Shown in pieces: positions 17,842-20,000 of a stretch of DNA of 20,000 nt (the stretch's first letter is position 1; the number at the start of each line of letters is the position of its first letter). The notes beneath the pieces are model-generated. The model was not told the origin of the DNA. It did not search any database and worked only from the letters and a program-made list of their open reading frames with translations. Both the position numbers and the translations under genes were made by a program. The DNA is taken from sequence record SRR31156797_636. The stretch is one strand, 5' to 3'.

Positions 17842-19032
17842 TTATAATTGAATATAGTCCTTGACCACCAATTCAGCAAAATACATGGAGCTTGTGAAAG
17901 CGGGAGAGATGGAGTTGAGGATGTGGACAGTATTTTCATGTCTTTTTACCACGAAATCCATGACCATCTCGTTGGTCGTCATATCTACCAATTGGGGCCG
18001 GATGCCTGCCTTGGAGCTAGGGAGCACATCTCCTGGTTCGATGTGTTTGACCAGCTTGCAGGCATCCTTGAAAAAGTATTTGAAGAAATATTTGCGAGGT
18101 TCTTCCAGAGCCACGCCCCTGAATTTAGAATTTCCGAAAAACATCTGGGACTCCCGCAACAAAATGGAAAACAGTTCTGAATCGATGCCTTTGAGGACAC
18201 CGTAATTTTCGCGCCCTAAGGCCGGAATCGAGGTAGGGCCAACGTATACATCACCGTGCACACTGCGGGTGAAGTGAACGCCAAGGAACGGATTCTTGAT
18301 GTTGGGGACAGGGTAAATGGAACCACGAATTTTGTCGGCAGCAGACTTTTTCAACACCCGATAGATGCCTTTGAATGGCAACAGTCGGTAGTTTTGAGCG
18401 ACGCCGAAAGCCTGGGCCACTTTGTCGCTAAACGCCCCCGCAGCATTGATAAAAACGCCGTAGCCGATATCGCCTGCTGAGGTTTTGATTTGCCCCTTTC
18501 CTCCTTCAAGAAAACGAGTGTTGAAAAGGAAACGGACCTTACCCGACTGTTCCAGTTCCTCACGCATTTGGGCAAGCACGGCCTTGGGGTCTACCACGGC
18601 GGTAAGCGGGGAGTGCAAGGCGCGCTCACAGGTCTTGGCATTGGGTTCGATTTCGGCCAATTGCTGACTGTCAACCATGTGAACAGTGCCGCCGTTGGCA
18701 ATGGCCCGGCGTTCCAGTTCTTCCAGAGTTGCCAGCTCGGAATGCTCGCCGGCGACAATAACCTTACCGGATTTAAAAAGAGGCAGGTTATGCTCTTCAC
18801 AATAAGCCTGCATGCGGAGGTTCCCCTTAAGGCACATTTGCGCTTTCAAGGTACCAGGATCGTAATAAATACCAGCGTGCAACACACCGCTGTTGCGGCC
18901 TGAGGCATGGCACCCCGTGCCGTCCTCCTTGTCGAAAATGATGACAGAGCCTGCACCATTTCGAACAAGTTCGCGGGCAATGGTCAGGCCGATGATGCCT
19001 GCTCCGCAGATAGTAAAATCAGCTGTTAGCAT
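17842..19032 (-). CDS. lhgO: FAD-dependent oxidoreductase, L-2-hydroxyglutarate oxidase (LhgO) family
   Basis: GAGIIG FAD motif, HASGRNSGVLHAGIYY, LPFKG, IYPVP, PFLGVHFT, AGIRPQ and SPAFTSS. Confidence 0.85.
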   Translation of the reverse strand: MLTADFTICGAGIIGLTIARELVRNGAGSVIIFDKEDGTGCHASGRNSGVLHAGIYYDPGTLKAQMCLKGNLRMQAYCEEHNLPLFKSGKVIVAGEHSELATLEELERRAIANGGTVHMVDSQQLAEIEPNAKTCERALHSPLTAVVDPKAVLAQMREELEQSGKVRFLFNTRFLEGGKGQIKTSAGDIGYGVFINAAGAFSDKVAQAFGVAQNYRLLPFKGIYRVLKKSAADKIRGSIYPVPNIKNPFLGVHFTRSVHGDVYVGPTSIPALGRENYGVLKGIDSELFSILLRESQMFFGNSKFRGVALEEPRKYFFKYFFKDACKLVKHIEPGDVLPSSKAGIRPQLVDMTTNEMVMDFVVKRHENTVHILNSISPAFTSSMYFAELVVKDYIQL

Positions 19033-19068
19033 TGATTAAGCCTTGCTCAATAGTTAGAGGCCACTCTT

Positions 19069-19086
19069 CTGCGCAATTTTGCGCAG
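19069..19086. promoter_or_regulatory. Palindrome upstream of the lhgO-like gene (possible operator)
   Basis: CTGCGCAA-TT-TTGCGCAG, 36 bp before the start codon. Confidence 0.35.
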
Positions 19087-19665
19087 CGCACCCGAATCAA
19101 AGATTTCCATATTGACGCCCCCTACCAATCAGGCATTCAAGTCGGAACGAATACAGTCGGCATGTGTTTTGTCGCCACATATCAGAACGTCATGCATGTG
19201 CAGTGGGCAAATTGGTTTCATGGTCCCGAGCGAATTGTTCGAAGACATCGAACACGCGCGCCGCTATCCATAAAAAGGACAAAGGCCCTGTCGATTTCAT
19301 CTTCGGCATACTGCATATTTCCCTGATGAACGTACGGAACTTTGATGTTGTATCATCCTGCCAATTTGCCGAGGACAACGACCTGTAGGCTGTCGAAATC
19401 GTGTTACACATCTGCCCGAAAATCATGTGATGCGCAAGGTACAGTTCGACATCGATTTTGCACAGCAGGAGTAATGGGATAGCCCCGTACCGTTACTGCT
19501 AACGGCTTGCTCGACAGTACCTTTTTAGATGGAAAAAGGCATCAGCGTCTTATCCCATCTTCACCACTAGAGACACTCTAACACCAGCTTCGAAGTAGCC
19601 TGCCCCACCTCCAAGACTTAGCAGGCTGGACCATCTAAGCCACACAGCAGTCACCGTGCCAAACA

Positions 19666-19732
19666 AGAAAACGGGCCACCCAAGTTTCTCAACTTATGTG
19701 GCCCGTTTTCTCAACTTACGTGTCAGCTTACA
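19666..19732 (-). mobile_element. Tn7-like (TnsB/DDE) transposon end
   Basis: Minus strand from 19732 reads TGTAAGCT + GACACGTAAGTTGAGAAAACGG + GCCACATAAGTTGAGAAACTTG: an 8-bp TGT terminus followed by two tandem 22-bp repeats (17/22 identical). A partial inverted copy creates a perfect 14-bp IR (19666-19679/19698-19711). Confidence 0.65.
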
Positions 19733-19882
19733 TCGGGCAGTACGCTCAAGGAAGTCAGCGGCATGATTGGACACAAGACCTTGCGAATGACCAACCGGTA
19801 TTGCAACCTGGAAGGCGTTACAGACAACAAGGCGCAGGAACGTTTGGCTGCACGCTACGCAATGGCGAGCAACGACGAATAA
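19733..19882 (+). pseudogene. C-terminal remnant of a tyrosine recombinase/phage integrase
   Basis: Hand translation gives SGSTLKEVSGMIGHKTLRMTNRYCNLEGVTDNKAQERLAARYAMASNDE*, containing the GH-x4-MT-x-RY catalytic-tyrosine motif. The upstream HxxR motif and the rest of the gene are missing; similarity stops at the putative transposon end. Confidence 0.8.
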
Positions 19883-19925
19883 CAGCCTGCACACCATGCA
19901 CGTCCGAAACACCCCGTCGGAAGCG

Positions 19926-20000
19926 GCGGACACATAGCGGACATTTTCCCGAAATCATCCATCAGGCAAGAAAAAAGGACCTCGGATAATTATCCGAAGT
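19926..20000. repeat. att-region-like repeats: tandem GCGGACA repeats and a palindrome
   Basis: GCGGACA at 19926-19932 and 19937-19943 (11-bp period). Perfect 16-bp palindrome TCGGATAATTATCCGA at 19982-19997, preceded by an A-run and extending imperfectly to the window edge. Confidence 0.55.

Noticed and set aside
19666-19711. 14-bp inverted repeat as a simple Rho-independent terminator
   Set aside because: No intact gene ends near it, and it overlaps 22-bp direct repeats leading to a TGT terminus, which a transposon end explains better. Terminator activity is not excluded.
19681-19724. Repeats as a mini CRISPR array
   Set aside because: The units abut with no spacer, there are only two copies, and no cas genes are present.
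19694-19989. ORFs 19696-19989 (+) and 19694-19933 (-)
   Set aside because: Both span the putative transposon junction; the meaningful coding signal is the integrase remnant in another frame.
19883-20000. tRNA gene inside the window
   Set aside because: No cloverleaf or T-loop motif is visible; a tRNA is only predicted beyond the edge.

Overview
A Gram-negative cell-surface glycan locus; the gene content and sigma54-like motifs give a Desulfovibrio/deltaproteobacterium impression, but taxonomy is not established. It contains a Wzx-type flippase (runs off the left edge, absent from the ORF track), a GT9, two GT4 glycosyltransferases, a soluble CapD/FnlA-type UDP-HexNAc dehydratase, a WbaP-type initiating phosphoglycosyltransferase, an O-antigen ligase/polymerase-like protein and a putative GT-C membrane protein. 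No Wza/Wzc/Wzz is present in the window. Instead, these genes are linked to a serine-palmitoyltransferase-like alpha-oxoamine synthase and a MacAB/DevBCA-like ABC + TolC exporter with two paralogous periplasmic adaptors. My best hypothesis is an undescribed glycosylated amino-lipid (glycosphingolipid-like) synthesis and export system. At the right edge, a Tn7-like transposon end (TGT terminus plus two tandem 22-bp repeats) abuts a truncated tyrosine-integrase C-terminus and att-like repeats, so the locus may be mobile cargo. A G10 tract in wbaP is a candidate phase-variation switch. All family calls come from motif recognition by eye; no database searches were run.
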